Shown here: one piece after another, positions 36,762 through 48,677 of the stretch
Numbering within the stretch: position 1 is the stretch's first letter
Layout of the letters: each line of letters opens with the position of its first letter
NCBI GenBank assembly: GCA_002256025.1
Contig: NKIB01012257.1
Span: forward strand, 1-64,000
Direction of reading: 5' to 3'
DNA from: Asterionella formosa
Lineage: Eukaryota
DNA: 64,000 nucleotides
The notes under the pieces: generated by a model
The model's database searches: none
What the model was told of the DNA's origin: nothing
What the model saw: the letters and a program-made list of their open reading frames with translations, nothing else
Program-made: the position numbers and the translations under genes

Positions 36762-39502
36762 GCTATTCAGAGGAAGACCGATACTTGAATTGAATGATCA
36801 ATGGTTGTACACCTTTGATCAGTAATTGTGAGATAGACATGAGTCTAGTATCCATGAAAAAAATGAATGGAATACAACAACATGCATCATTCAATTGAAG
36901 AGCGCATTTGTCGATGTCCTGGCATTGGAAGCGGTTCTACACCAGCGCTTTGAGCTTCACAATAAATACAGCGTATGCAATGAGCTACAAACACATGAAA
37001 GAATCAACATAAACAACAAGAAACTCAACAAGCTTGACAAAATGGCTGGAATAAGATGCATTATTCATTCAAGAAAAGTCATGATGATCATGTCACCACA
37101 TTTCATTTTGATCCAAACAGATACTAAAGCTGCATAATATCATCAGAGTCTGTCATTAAAACCACAAAAGGCAAGGCAAACAAATGGGAGGCAAATAAAT
37201 GCCTCATTAAAAGATCAGACCAAGCCATCTGCCTTCTCCTCAGTCATCAAGATATGGGGACAGATGAACTCACAAGTGCCACCAGAATATGGCATTTACA
37301 ACACACATAATTTCCCCTACTCTCATTCGAGAGAGTGTATCCACCCTTTCCCCGCCTTGTAGCGCCCAAAGTCACCACATTTGTTGGGTTGATACTGGGT
37401 AGGTTAAGATTTTTATACAACCTAGGCTGTCAATGCCAGGAAGCGCCATGCGGGCTACCCTACTTTCTTGAGTAGTAGTCTTAAGGCGCTTAATAAATGA
37501 AGTTAACTAATGGATGTTCCTATAAACAATGCAAACAGTCAGTTTGATTATTCAAACTGAACACCAACTAGTTTTAGTAACTCACAGTAAGAATATAGAA
37601 ACGAAAAAGAGACAAACGTCTCTATCTATAGCCTTCTTTGTCTAACAATACTAGATCTATTGTCTACAAAAGGTAATAATTTAACACGTTGATAAATGGA
37701 TCTAAGTTTTAAACAACATGTCTACAGATATTTCTGAAGAAAAGTATGCATGAGGCTTATCAAGTTTGATGGGAACGAAACAAACTAGTATCAGTGGAGT
37801 GTGAAAACGCTTGCTTTTGCCAACAAAGCCAGAGGACAACAAGAACCCATCATGCTCTGACAACAACTATGAAGTCGAGACGGACAAGGGAGGAATCAAG
37901 GCAACCTAGAAGGACAACGACAAGGCATACCAGCTGCACCGGAATCGCCTTCGGACTTGTGAATCAAACGAAAACGAAGAAATTGATTGATGGCCACCAT
38001 GCATACATGGCGTGGAAGAACCTTGAAGTAAGAGATGTCCCCCATTCTGTGTCGGACCTGATTCAGTTGCTTGTCAAGCAAATTCAACAAGTGCATACTA
38101 AATGACAGCTCCTATGATCCAGACGAATGGTTCATCAAGCTTGACCTAATTCAAAGCAAGATGATGACGATCAATCCATCATTCGAGAAGAAGGGGGAGA
38201 TGGAAATCATTGCAAACGTAATTGACAAGCTTCCAGTGGAATACAGCTATGTTTTGACTGTCATCGAGAGTAGTATGACAACAATCAGCCTCAACAAACA
38301 ACAAATCAAGAGCAAGATCCAAGCGTTCTACAATGGAGCGAAGCACAAAAGGGATCGCTCTAGCTATTTACACAGATGTACAAAGGAATCTGCAAGAATT
38401 GCGGCAATCAAGGGGAGGGCACACTTGCATCGATCAAAAACGAATGCAAATGGAAGGAACGAAAAATATGAATTTAATGTTGTTATAATTAAAATAAATA
38501 TGCCAGGCATATTGTAAGAGACTGGCTTGAAGCGAAAGGTGCAAGGCACAGTGAGAAGAAAAAGGAATCTGACATGTATGTTGGAATATGCAAAGAAACT
38601 ACAGACATGACAACAACTACTACCACTCCTATGGGTTTGTTTTGTATTTACCATGGAAGACAAGGGGTTCAAAATGTACCAACTGGTTTTTCTATGTTTC
38701 CCAGCCTATGATTTAGTTACTAGGCAGAGTGGGTTGGGCTACAATTCGGATACCTAGACAAAAATTAATCCCTAGTAGTAAAAGTTTCAAATGTGTCATA
38801 CTTGCTTGTTGCTTGGCTACAGTCACAACCACACTGGGGTTACATACCGCATGTACAACATGGCTTCGAAAAAAGCGTTTAATACTAGATATCTTAAATG
38901 GGCTGACTGGCATGGAAATGTCAAACCTACAGCAGACATGGATGAGGAATTTGACACTCCTCCCGACAAACTGGGTGGCACTACACCACTGCTACAAATT
39001 ATACTACAAAATCTACTAAGCTAGTGCATGATAGCAACAGGCTTTGTGACTTCGCCTCCACCTATATGCTCAGGCACCCATCAGCAAAGGTGTTCAAAAA
39101 AAGTGAGTATGACAAGAGTATGCACTACAAGGAGGGCCTTATTGTGGTGAAGGACCACATGCAGATGCCAGGTGTCGATTTTACAGATCATTTGCATTTG
39201 TGGTTATAGACACTGGCATAAATATTGTATTCAGAAGACCGATAGTTTGAATTGAATGATCAATGGTTGTAAACCTATGATAAGTTAGTGTGAGATAGAC
39301 ATGAGTCTAGTATCTAGGAATGATTGTTCCTATAAATGCAAACAACATTTGGAGATATAGTTTGCTTGATTATTCAAACTGAGCAAAGTAGTGTTAGTAA
39401 CTTACAGTAAGAACATCATAGAAATGAAAGGTAAATAAATGTCTCTACTATCTATAGCTTCTTTGTCTATGATAGATATATCTAAAAGGTAATACTTTAA
39501 CA
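36762..39502 (+). mobile_element. Decayed, internally deleted Ty1/copia LTR retrotransposon; 3' LTR ~39226-39502, 5' LTR split (~36762-36871 + 37515-37686)
   Basis: Diverged direct repeats both ending AAAAGGTAATA.TTTAACA. Gag relics IKFDG…QWSVKTLAFA, AFGLV…AYMAWKNL, DPDEWFIKL. Integrase C-terminal LLGYSHNHTGVTYRMYN. RT start YKEGLIVVKDHMQMPGVDFT. Integrase precedes RT, which is the copia order. Confidence 0.85.
36872..37508. mobile_element. 637-bp insertion into the 5' LTR, flanked by AATGGA; possibly a 5'-truncated non-LTR element
   Basis: Absent from the 3' LTR. AATGGA at 36866-36871 and 37509-37514, and AATAAA near the right end. Confidence 0.55.
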
Positions 39503-39968
39503 TAACTACCTGTTAGAAGATCCTTTTTCTCCATCTCAGGGAGATATTTCATGCCATCATCTTGGATATTTGTCATCATTCCTCATTGTTAGCACACATA
39601 ATATGGAGCTAATAACATATGCAGGACTAACTGGTGGTAACCGTGTATATAATTCATGTACCGGTAATCGGTATCATGTCAAGTCCCGACAATATTTCTA
39701 CAACTGTACAGTATTCATTCTTTCTATTTTTTTATCAAATAATTTTATACCGGTGTATAGCTAAGAATGATATATGCCCCTTATTTATCATCAGTCAGAC
39801 AGATAATTTTTGCGATAAAACAAAAACTTTTTCCTACTTTCATCAATTCTCAATAGCAGCACTGAGCACTCTATACATTACACTATTACGTTCGCCATTC
39901 TCATCGTGACCCGATAGCTTTAATTCGCTGGTCTGCATATAGCATTTTGTTATTTTCCAATAGTCAAA

Positions 39969-41339
39969 ATGAAGGAACGAGCGAAACTGAGCAAACCCCC
40001 TTCCGCAGAAACAACAGAGGAGACAAAACGACTCGTACCATTGTCTCACATCAACCGTCCGTACTTTGATGCAGTACCAGTCACGGCTCGACGCAATGGA
40101 ACACCAATGTACTCTTCCGACAGCACCTTGAACTACAGTCGAGCTGGTATTGGTGTGGTATTTCGTGACGCTGACAGCAGTGCTCGAGCTCTGCAGGAAC
40201 TCGCTCAGAAGAAACAGGAACGTCTAGAGCGAAAGCGGGCAGGAATTTTGTTGGGCCTACTCATCTTTGCCGCCGGGGCTGTTCATATGGTTACTAAGAC
40301 TGCAAAGCCCTCGTCACAGCAGCAGCAAAAACGAGATAAGACATACAACGTGGGAGGCAAGGAAGTCGATTATGGAGATGGGGACAAAGACGGAGATGGG
40401 ACGATGCAACTTCGGTCCGGAAACGAAACTCGGCGTGATTCTATTCTTGACAACTTCGCTGACTCAATGAGTGAATTTCAGGATACCATGACGCCCTTTT
40501 TCTTTCATGTACCTCGTAGTGGTGGTCAAACCATCAAGGACGTGGTTGGGTTGTGCCTGCAAAAGGTTCAAGCGAACAGTGTGGGGATTCGAGAGGGACA
40601 CGAATTAGACACGACATTACAGGTTGTCACCATTGACAATGCACGTTATGTAAATGTTGATGCAACCAGCAAGGAAGGAATCGATAGAGCTGCACTGATG
40701 GGATTTTCTTCCTCGCAAATGGCGGATTTAGTGAGTTCGCCGTATTTCTTGAACGCCGCAAAGTCCCTCTTTACGACCGACAGACAAGGACGTGCATTCA
40801 TTATTTTGAGACAGCCGGTCCACCGGGCTGTTAGTATGTATCACTACAAAAAATCTTTGGGGTTAATAGACGACAGCGTCAGTCTAGAGGACTTTGCTCA
40901 GGGAAACGGAATTGAGAATAACTGGATGACTCGTTTCTTGACAAATGCTCTCGAGGGTGACCTCAAAAAGTCTCACCTTGACCAAGCCAAAAAGGTTCTA
41001 TCAAAAAAGTTTTTGATTGGTTTCCTTGATGATCTTGAGGAAAGCATGGCTCGAGTTATGAAATTCTCGGGTTGGAAGGCCGATGAAGACGAAACAAAGG
41101 CTTTAATGCAGGAAGATTGTGTCAGGCGAAAATTGACGGAAGGAACAAATAAGAATCCAACAGAGTACGAGTTGCCAAAAATGGGATCGCAGGCTCACGC
41201 TCTGATTTCATGGCAGACACAATTCGATATGAAGCTGTACGAATTCGCAAAACAGCTCTTTGATATACAGACAAAACAATATGGAAGTAAGGAAAGAAAG
41301 AAGGAACTCAAGAAGAAGAACAAGGCAGGTGGAAAATAA
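39969..41339 (+). CDS. Type II membrane (Golgi-type) sulfotransferase-family protein
   Basis: Single TM segment AGILLGLLIFAAGAV. 5'-PSB-like FFHVPRSGGQTIK, 3'-PB-like ILRQPVHRAVSMY, NNWMTRFL, FDMKLYEFA. Confidence 0.85.
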   Translation: MKERAKLSKPPSAETTEETKRLVPLSHINRPYFDAVPVTARRNGTPMYSSDSTLNYSRAGIGVVFRDADSSARALQELAQKKQERLERKRAGILLGLLIFAAGAVHMVTKTAKPSSQQQQKRDKTYNVGGKEVDYGDGDKDGDGTMQLRSGNETRRDSILDNFADSMSEFQDTMTPFFFHVPRSGGQTIKDVVGLCLQKVQANSVGIREGHELDTTLQVVTIDNARYVNVDATSKEGIDRAALMGFSSSQMADLVSSPYFLNAAKSLFTTDRQGRAFIILRQPVHRAVSMYHYKKSLGLIDDSVSLEDFAQGNGIENNWMTRFLTNALEGDLKKSHLDQAKKVLSKKFLIGFLDDLEESMARVMKFSGWKADEDETKALMQEDCVRRKLTEGTNKNPTEYELPKMGSQAHALISWQTQFDMKLYEFAKQLFDIQTKQYGSKERKKELKKKNKAGGK

Positions 41340-41513
41340 AGTCGAAAACTAGTCCCTTTCTAAATGTTGTGTATCCATTGAGACAAGACTAATATAGCAC
41401 TTGCTCTGTGTATCATGGTTTGAGTTCATCTGAACTTTCCGGTATAACATTGTCTTCACTATTTATCAATTAATTAAATTACAACACGGCAACACTGAAC
41501 ATTTATGGCTATT

Positions 41514-42890
41514 TCAGATGTCGTCGTCATGTGACTTGGCGCTTTCCCTCGATTTAACCGGTTCCATCCTATAGGTCTTGGATTTGTTCTGGAGAAGGTT
41601 GCTTCCATCTGCAATAGGTCCAGCAGGTTGAAAGGGGTCTAAGATGACATCGCTATCTTCGTCGTCTTCATTGTCATTGAAATCCCAAGAATCGTCAGGA
41701 GCGAAGTCCTTTTGGTTGGCATCTGAAGGCTCAGACGAAACGTCACTCCACAATTTTGTTCTACACTTTCCAAGAGTAGCAGCCGAAACATCAGTTGGAG
41801 CCACAGCCAATTGAAATGGCATCATCATATTTTTCCAAAAAGGAAAGTTTTCTGCCGGGCTTGGTTCATCGAGAGTCAGAACATCCATTTTCATCGAAGG
41901 GTGTTTTCGATTCAACTCGTCGTGAATACGGCTAGAAACAGGAACAATGTGGGGCTCAATCATGGTTACTGTACTGTCAAAATCAGACATGTATTCCATG
42001 CTATCTGCTGAGCTTTGAGGAGTAGATCTACAATCATCACGAACTGAGTTCACAAGGCCGGCCGCTGCCAACATCTTACCCAACAGACTAGAACCGGATT
42101 CACTCCCAACATCGATTCCCTTTTTTGAATTATAGCCTTTGTCAAAGCTAACGCTGGAAGCCTCCACATCATCGACAGGGAATTGGTGGTCGCCATTAGA
42201 TTCTTTCCAATATGATTTCCTGTGTTGTTTATGTAGAAGCAGTACAGCAAGGGCTACCATGGCAACCGCTCCAGCAGCCCCAGCAGCGATGAAAGGCAAT
42301 CGATTGTCTGATCCTTTGTTTGGAGCTTGCACCCCTTGGATCACCTTATCCTCAATCGCAGATGGATCTATTGTATCTGTCGGAGATAGCGTCGAAACAA
42401 ATGTCGGTGTAATTGTTGTTTCCACAATCTGCTCATAGACTGCATTCGAAACATTGTGAAAGTCAAATGTCAGCTGCAACGCTTCAGTCAATTCCGGCAC
42501 CCAGGCTTCTTTTGCAATTTGTTCGATCTCATTAACTGATGGAACATTTGTCGAGTTAGACGTGAATGCAACCAATCCTCCTCGAACATAGATAACAGTA
42601 GAATTCAAAGTTTCTGTGACTTTTTTAACCCCAAGAAGCCCTGCGTAGTCGTATACAGTGTTGATGCCAAATTCATATGTTTTGAGCTTATTTTCCAGCA
42701 ATGTTTCAGCAATCTGAATCACTTGACCTGCTTGATAAACAGACATAGGAGATGCAGGTGACAGTGTAATGGAGAAGTCCCGGAATATCACACGCTGTGG
42801 CCCGTTGTTGTCCGCTTGATACCCATAGGCTGACAAGTGCAATAGAGGCACCAACAAGGGCAAGCATGACCAAAACGGCAGTACCTTCAT
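41514..42890 (-). CDS. Type I single-pass membrane protein of unknown function
   Basis: Signal peptide, Thr/Pro stalk, TM segment FIAAGAAGAVAMVALAVLLL followed by HKQHRK, and an acidic disordered tail. Confidence 0.8.
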   Translation of the reverse strand: MKVLPFWSCLPLLVPLLHLSAYGYQADNNGPQRVIFRDFSITLSPASPMSVYQAGQVIQIAETLLENKLKTYEFGINTVYDYAGLLGVKKVTETLNSTVIYVRGGLVAFTSNSTNVPSVNEIEQIAKEAWVPELTEALQLTFDFHNVSNAVYEQIVETTITPTFVSTLSPTDTIDPSAIEDKVIQGVQAPNKGSDNRLPFIAAGAAGAVAMVALAVLLLHKQHRKSYWKESNGDHQFPVDDVEASSVSFDKGYNSKKGIDVGSESGSSLLGKMLAAAGLVNSVRDDCRSTPQSSADSMEYMSDFDSTVTMIEPHIVPVSSRIHDELNRKHPSMKMDVLTLDEPSPAENFPFWKNMMMPFQLAVAPTDVSAATLGKCRTKLWSDVSSEPSDANQKDFAPDDSWDFNDNEDDEDSDVILDPFQPAGPIADGSNLLQNKSKTYRMEPVKSRESAKSHDDDI

Positions 42891-43765
42891 CGTCGATTTT
42901 GAATGAGGGACCTTTGCTGTTTTTCCGTTACAGATGAGTTACATGAAAACCGAGAGTAAGAGGAAAAGGTGCGCCTCGGACTTCGGATTGTTGTGATCAG
43001 TTTGACATGTGATTCGAGGGAATTACACGATCAGAAGCAAAACCAAGGTCAAACCCGTCAAACATACACCATAATCATTTACCCGGCATGAGTTTAACTA
43101 TGGCAAAGGCATATACATACATAGAGATTATTAAGCTTAAATACTAAAAGTAAACACAGGACTTCAGTTATATAAATATTCATGTATATTGAGTGTACAA
43201 ACCTATTTAGTTCATACACATGTAGTTATCTATGCTATTTTTAAATCAAAGATTATGTTTGGTACGATAAATTTGCTCTCAGATAAGCAGATTGAACGGA
43301 AGGCAATGGCACATTTATGTACGTATGATATTATAAATGTTACCAATTTGGCCGTGACCGCTTCGAAATGACCTCAACATGTATGAATTGTTTTATACCG
43401 GTATATATATGTAACATTGTTTTTACGATTGGTAAACTTCAGCCCAAGTAGTATTATCCTGTATAAGGGCGGGTATTTCATGGACAGACATAGTACAGCC
43501 CAGTAATCAATGTGTACTCATGACACTGAAGTGTTGAAGCAGTGAAGAACAAGAAGTAGTTAGTTTAACTGTGTGTTTTGCATGAAATTCCTACAGTCAT
43601 AACAATTGAAAATTTTCGTGAAAACAAGGATGGGAAGAAGGAAGAGCAAAGGGTTCACTGCAAGTTCTTTGGGAAAGAGGATTCATTCTTGGCAGCACAA
43701 ACCTACTAAACAAATATACACTTTATGGGAAGAGAGAACTTGGAATTGTCAACAATGTCAACTGC

Positions 43766-43930
43766 TTGAGACACATCATGGGAATGTGTGCTGACTTTTT
43801 AAATGATGGGGGCATGCTGCAATATATTACGACCAAGATTGGCGTCATGGCCCTCCTGACACCGAAATGTGATGCTGAACTTGCAGGAGGGGAACAAAGG
43901 TTTAAGTACATGTGGGTTTGTTCCAAAGGT
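43766..43930 (+). mobile_element. Fragment of an IS630/Tc1-like DDE transposase
   Basis: CADFLND..MLQ…LLTPKCDAELAG…KYMWVCSK resembles the TPKxHxELAGxxIEYxW motif around the catalytic Glu. Confidence 0.55.
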
Positions 43931-46638
43931 CTTCAAGAAACATCAATGTGCCTTCAACTTTGACTACAAGTTGGTTTGGAGTGTGATAAATGATGTTGAT
44001 GGTGTTGAGTTTCCCGTTGCATCAATCCTTACACCAACTACATAGTTGTACTACTACATCGCAATATAGAAATTTCATTTAGACTATAAAATAACACATG
44101 CTAGATCTACAGTGGCTGGGCACACAATCGAGTCTTATATGTGAGACGTCCAAATTCACAGAATAAAGGCAATTTTTCGTCGCCATACTGAGGCTTCACT
44201 CCATCACAGATTCACACCAAGGGTTCAACAATCAACCTGTTTCTCCAACAAATAACATCAACAAATGTAACATAGGTTTCAATCCGCCACACCCCTCGAC
44301 AGGACAAAAACCAAAAAACGAGGGACCCACAGTTTACCCACAAAACATCATATCCAAAACGATGCTTTACCCACACAGTTATTTATCACCCCCCACAGTC
44401 AACAACACTAACCATCATAGTAAAACAGGGTTTCCACCTTTTCCACTATATAAACACCCTTACCTATGACTATGTCCTCATCATCCATGAGAAGGCAGCT
44501 AGTAGGGACATCACATTGCCCTAACAATCAATTAACTACACAAATAAAATGTACCACGACTATATGTAGATGCACTACGATAAGCTCTTGTTAGCACCTT
44601 ATGTCCACCACGGACATAGTAACAAGACCTGGATTTACCTGGGTTATTCCAAGACATCGAATTAATTAGAAATAAGCAAGTTTAATACTCCGTTTCAATG
44701 TAAACCTGATATTATCACGCCCTGATACTAGTTCCAATCTTCTCTCCTTATGACTACCTGAGTTTGTCATACAGGAAACCGAGATTCGCCACCTGGTACT
44801 TTTTCCGCCCTCATCTCTACACCTTGCTAGACAAAAACAATCGAACTACCGTCGAAGCTTGGACAGCCAATTCAATCACATCGACTTCACTACATCAGGT
44901 TCTGCTTTGATTCCAACATCATTGCATCTAGAGACCCCGTCAAGGATACAGAACAATCTCATCCGGACTTGGCATCTTCCTGATCAACATATCCCCAGAG
45001 AGGCGTATCATACAACTTGCACTATACACCCTACATCTGGCCTCACCGATGTACAAAAATATTATTCATATTGCGGTATCGCTCACTGCCTGTCAACCTC
45101 ACTGCATTGTCCGACACCCAAAATAGAGCATTAAAAAATGTCAATCAAATTTATAGAACATTAAAGCTATCCAATAATGGCACTCGGGCCCAAATAATGG
45201 GAAACAATTAGTAATACCGGTTTTATTCACCATCCAAAATAGAGCATTCAATGCCTTTACCACCCCTTGCAACCTACCAGCACATCTTGCAACACATAAT
45301 TCATTATGAACTACTAGTAAAAAATCTTTCACCAACCGAATGCTATACTTAAGTCTACTCTCATTCCTCCGAGCCTCCACTCAACACTCTCCATTCGAAT
45401 ATTTACCTTGGTTTGCTGATGTAGTTCTTGGCAATCAATGCTGTTCTAATTCTATCAGCATTTTAAAACGGGATTTTGGCTGGAATATTATTCAACATTG
45501 CTTGATTAGCTTGACTGAACAAATATGCACGCAGTGCTAAAGCCAGATGCCAGACGCCAGACGCCCAAACACATCCCCCTCAATATTATCATCCCAGACA
45601 TACCGGTGCATGAGCTCCAATGGATTCCCCAATCCGACCTCCTTGCTGGGCACCAACAGGGCCGCCACCTCACCCAACACTAGGTCCCGCCCACCCCACC
45701 CAACAGCCATAAAGCGAGCCTCCCAAATCACTGGCATCAGCTCATGTGTCTCACGATGCAACAACTCTCTCACCTGCTCCGCATCATGCTGCACACAGGC
45801 CAACACATCATCCAACGCCGCCAACAACTGATTATACCATTACCATCATGGGGCAGGTCCACAGACACTTCCTCATTGGGGACGCCATTGGCAGCACTTG
45901 CATTGCTAGTTCCGTTCATCATCATACTATTATAATTATATGATACCAAAATATACCCTCATGCATCACATTGTGAGTATGGTAGACCAGCACATAACCC
46001 CCGCATGATTCTAACCACACACCCTGCCTACTGCCTCAACGGCCACATAGGGAACAGAAATGCATGCCTCCCGATCGGCGTACACAACTCATAACACAAG
46101 TGTACATCACCATGCGGATATATGGCTCCCCCCGACATTTCAAATTACAAGAATTTCAAAATACAACCAATTTTTTTCAGTCATCATTTACTGTGTGGAT
46201 GTGCTTGCTTCTCACGAAAGCTCCTCTCCAGCAATATGTGCCATTTATCAGCTCCACGTACAGACAACTGGATATCATTTTGAGGCGGGACCAGGGAATC
46301 TTGATTCCAAGAGTGCACCCAGCCATACATTGGAATAGTTTTGGTGCTCAAAACTCCCTATTTTTCTGCTCTGATTCAGAAGCCAAATACCGGTACATAT
46401 ATATATATATATATGCGTACAGTATTACGGTGCCAGGTAATGTACGATATACATGAATCACACATGCTGTGTAAAAAATATTTGTCGTTACACATTTTAA
46501 TTGAGGAACGGAACGAACGGTTACATGCGATCAAGTGATAATTCCATGTCATCACGTTTACGTGAAGTTATCCAGTCTTGTTACCACCTCCCTTGTATCA
46601 TAACTATGGAAGGCATAATTAATTTGACAGAGGAAGGT

Positions 46639-46865
46639 CCGGTAGAACACATTTCGTACTCACGAAAAGATAGAGCTAAATAGCTCGATTACTGCCTTGA
46701 ACGTGAAGTTAAATATTCCCGGTAGAAAACATTTCGTACTCAGGAAAAGATAAAGCTAAATAGCTCGATTACTTGATCGTCGCAGTACACAAATTTATGT
46801 CGTGCGTAAATTGATCAACCAGAATGCATCTCCTTTTCAATCCTTGAACGTGAAGTTAAATATTC
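46639..46865. repeat. 80-bp tandem duplication, second copy interrupted by ~67 bp
   Basis: CCGGTAGAA.ACATTTCGTACTCA…GATTACT at 46639 and 46719. CCTTGAACGTGAAGTTAAATATTC at ~46695 and ~46842. Confidence 0.85.
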
Positions 46866-47308
46866 ATTACCACGCACTTCGTTCGGGCTTATAGACTAAA
46901 TGGTACCAGGTACCAGGTACACTTCAGCCGTAGTACTCGCAGCATAGATTTACGGCCTAAGCAGGATCCAATTTTGTCTGGAACAAAAGCGGTTAATACC
47001 TTCTCTATGTAGACGAGCAGAATTGGCGACAATTTCAACATGAATTCTTTTCATAATTTTATCTAATGTCGTATATTCTGTGGTGTACATACCGGTATTA
47101 GATTGCTCATCTCTCTAACCAGGTACCGGTGTGTAATATTTATATATATATGTTCCCTTGTTTGCTTCCTATGATATCTCGGCAGCAGTATGCCCACCGC
47201 AAACTGCCTTTTTGGGAAGTCTATCACACCAACTACACGTTCTCTTTATCGACTCCTACCGGTAGCTCTACCAGGAGACTACCGGGTATTACTATACACA
47301 TTTAAATC

Positions 47309-48508
47309 ATGTGCAGTACCGGTACTCCACAACTCTTTTACGAAGCAAACGAAGTAAACGAAGCAAGCAAACGAAGCAAACCCATGATTGCAAAGACGGG
47401 AATACGCACAAAATCGGAAACAAAACCAATTGCTTCCATTGCAACAATGCACGCAACGGTTACAGCAACGATTGCGAGCGATCCACCCCCCGTGCCTCCC
47501 TTGACTTCGGAGGAGAAGGAGAATAGCGCAGATCACACTCCCAAGACGGACTCTTCGCCTTCTCAAAATTCGTCAACTCTGACTAATAATAATAGTGGCG
47601 TCACAGCATCTACCAAGGAAGCTGAAACAGGAAGCAACACTCCGCCCGATCCGAGCCCCTCACCGCCTCCTACTGCCGAGATGGTAGTCATGATGCACTC
47701 GATGGATGTAAATATGCAGCAACGACGTGATGTGGGCAATGTGCACTGCTCTAACTATCCTGGGGAGGTTTGCAGGTCAAGCTTCAACTACTCCTTGTAT
47801 TATCCAACAGCTTTGGACTACAGCTATGCCCCCCAATACCATTCGCCAAACTACTCACATCACCCTCATTTGGGATGCGGTTGCGCGAATTGTATTCATT
47901 GGAATCTACAGTACTCCCGCCCATCGATGGGGGTATACACGGATGGTAACACGTACGCCATTCCTCATCAGCGCCATAAAGAGGAAAGGAAGTGGGTCGG
48001 TCCACAGAACATGAAATTTCAAGGTAACATTAACAACCTTGAAAAGATTGCGACCCAGGACTCGAACATTATGAAACCTGTCTCCCGAGAATGGAAGCGA
48101 GACGAAGGGACGAAGCCAAAAGGGGACACAGCGTATTGCAAAGACGCTCGTAAGGTGGAAGATCTGCTCTTGCACTTGTCCAGCGGCGACGAAAGTCATG
48201 CCATTGTTGTCCTTTGCAAAATCCTGGAACGAAACGATTCCATGAGAGGACATGTCGTTGAAAGATTGAAGTGTCACCGTTTGGACACTTTGATTGTCGA
48301 CGGCCTCGCGTTGTTCATCAAGGAAAATAAGAATGACGATGCTTCAACAGAAAACCAAACCGCAATTGAGGCAGTCACAACTGCAGCATTGTACAATGCG
48401 GGAAAACGCTGTAAACACGGTGAAATCGCTGACCGTCTCGTTGTACCCGTGCATATGGCAAAGGCATGCAAGCAACGAGCGCTTGAGATGAAAGGGCAAG
48501 AGCTCTAG
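47309..48508 (+). CDS. Hypothetical protein, 399 aa
   Basis: Long intact ORF with a disordered Ser/Thr/Pro N-terminus, a Tyr/His/Cys-rich middle and a helical C-terminus. No family recognised. Confidence 0.65.
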   Translation: MCSTGTPQLFYEANEVNEASKRSKPMIAKTGIRTKSETKPIASIATMHATVTATIASDPPPVPPLTSEEKENSADHTPKTDSSPSQNSSTLTNNNSGVTASTKEAETGSNTPPDPSPSPPPTAEMVVMMHSMDVNMQQRRDVGNVHCSNYPGEVCRSSFNYSLYYPTALDYSYAPQYHSPNYSHHPHLGCGCANCIHWNLQYSRPSMGVYTDGNTYAIPHQRHKEERKWVGPQNMKFQGNINNLEKIATQDSNIMKPVSREWKRDEGTKPKGDTAYCKDARKVEDLLLHLSSGDESHAIVVLCKILERNDSMRGHVVERLKCHRLDTLIVDGLALFIKENKNDDASTENQTAIEAVTTAALYNAGKRCKHGEIADRLVVPVHMAKACKQRALEMKGQEL

Positions 48509-48677
48509 TGATGCAACCAAGCATGGAATAGAGAGACATGAAGCCACACAAAAGAGTAGCTCTGATTCATAGCGACGATTTCATATACAACTGTGCCTGA
48601 TCAACAAAGTAATTGGATTATAAATGAGATGTTATGATAGTTACTTTGCGAATAATAGTGAGTAATTACAAAAAAAA

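Noticed and set aside
44100..46340. Strand-biased tract with short ORFs (45141-45380, 45537-45831)
   Set aside because: No recognisable domain; likely decayed repeat DNA.
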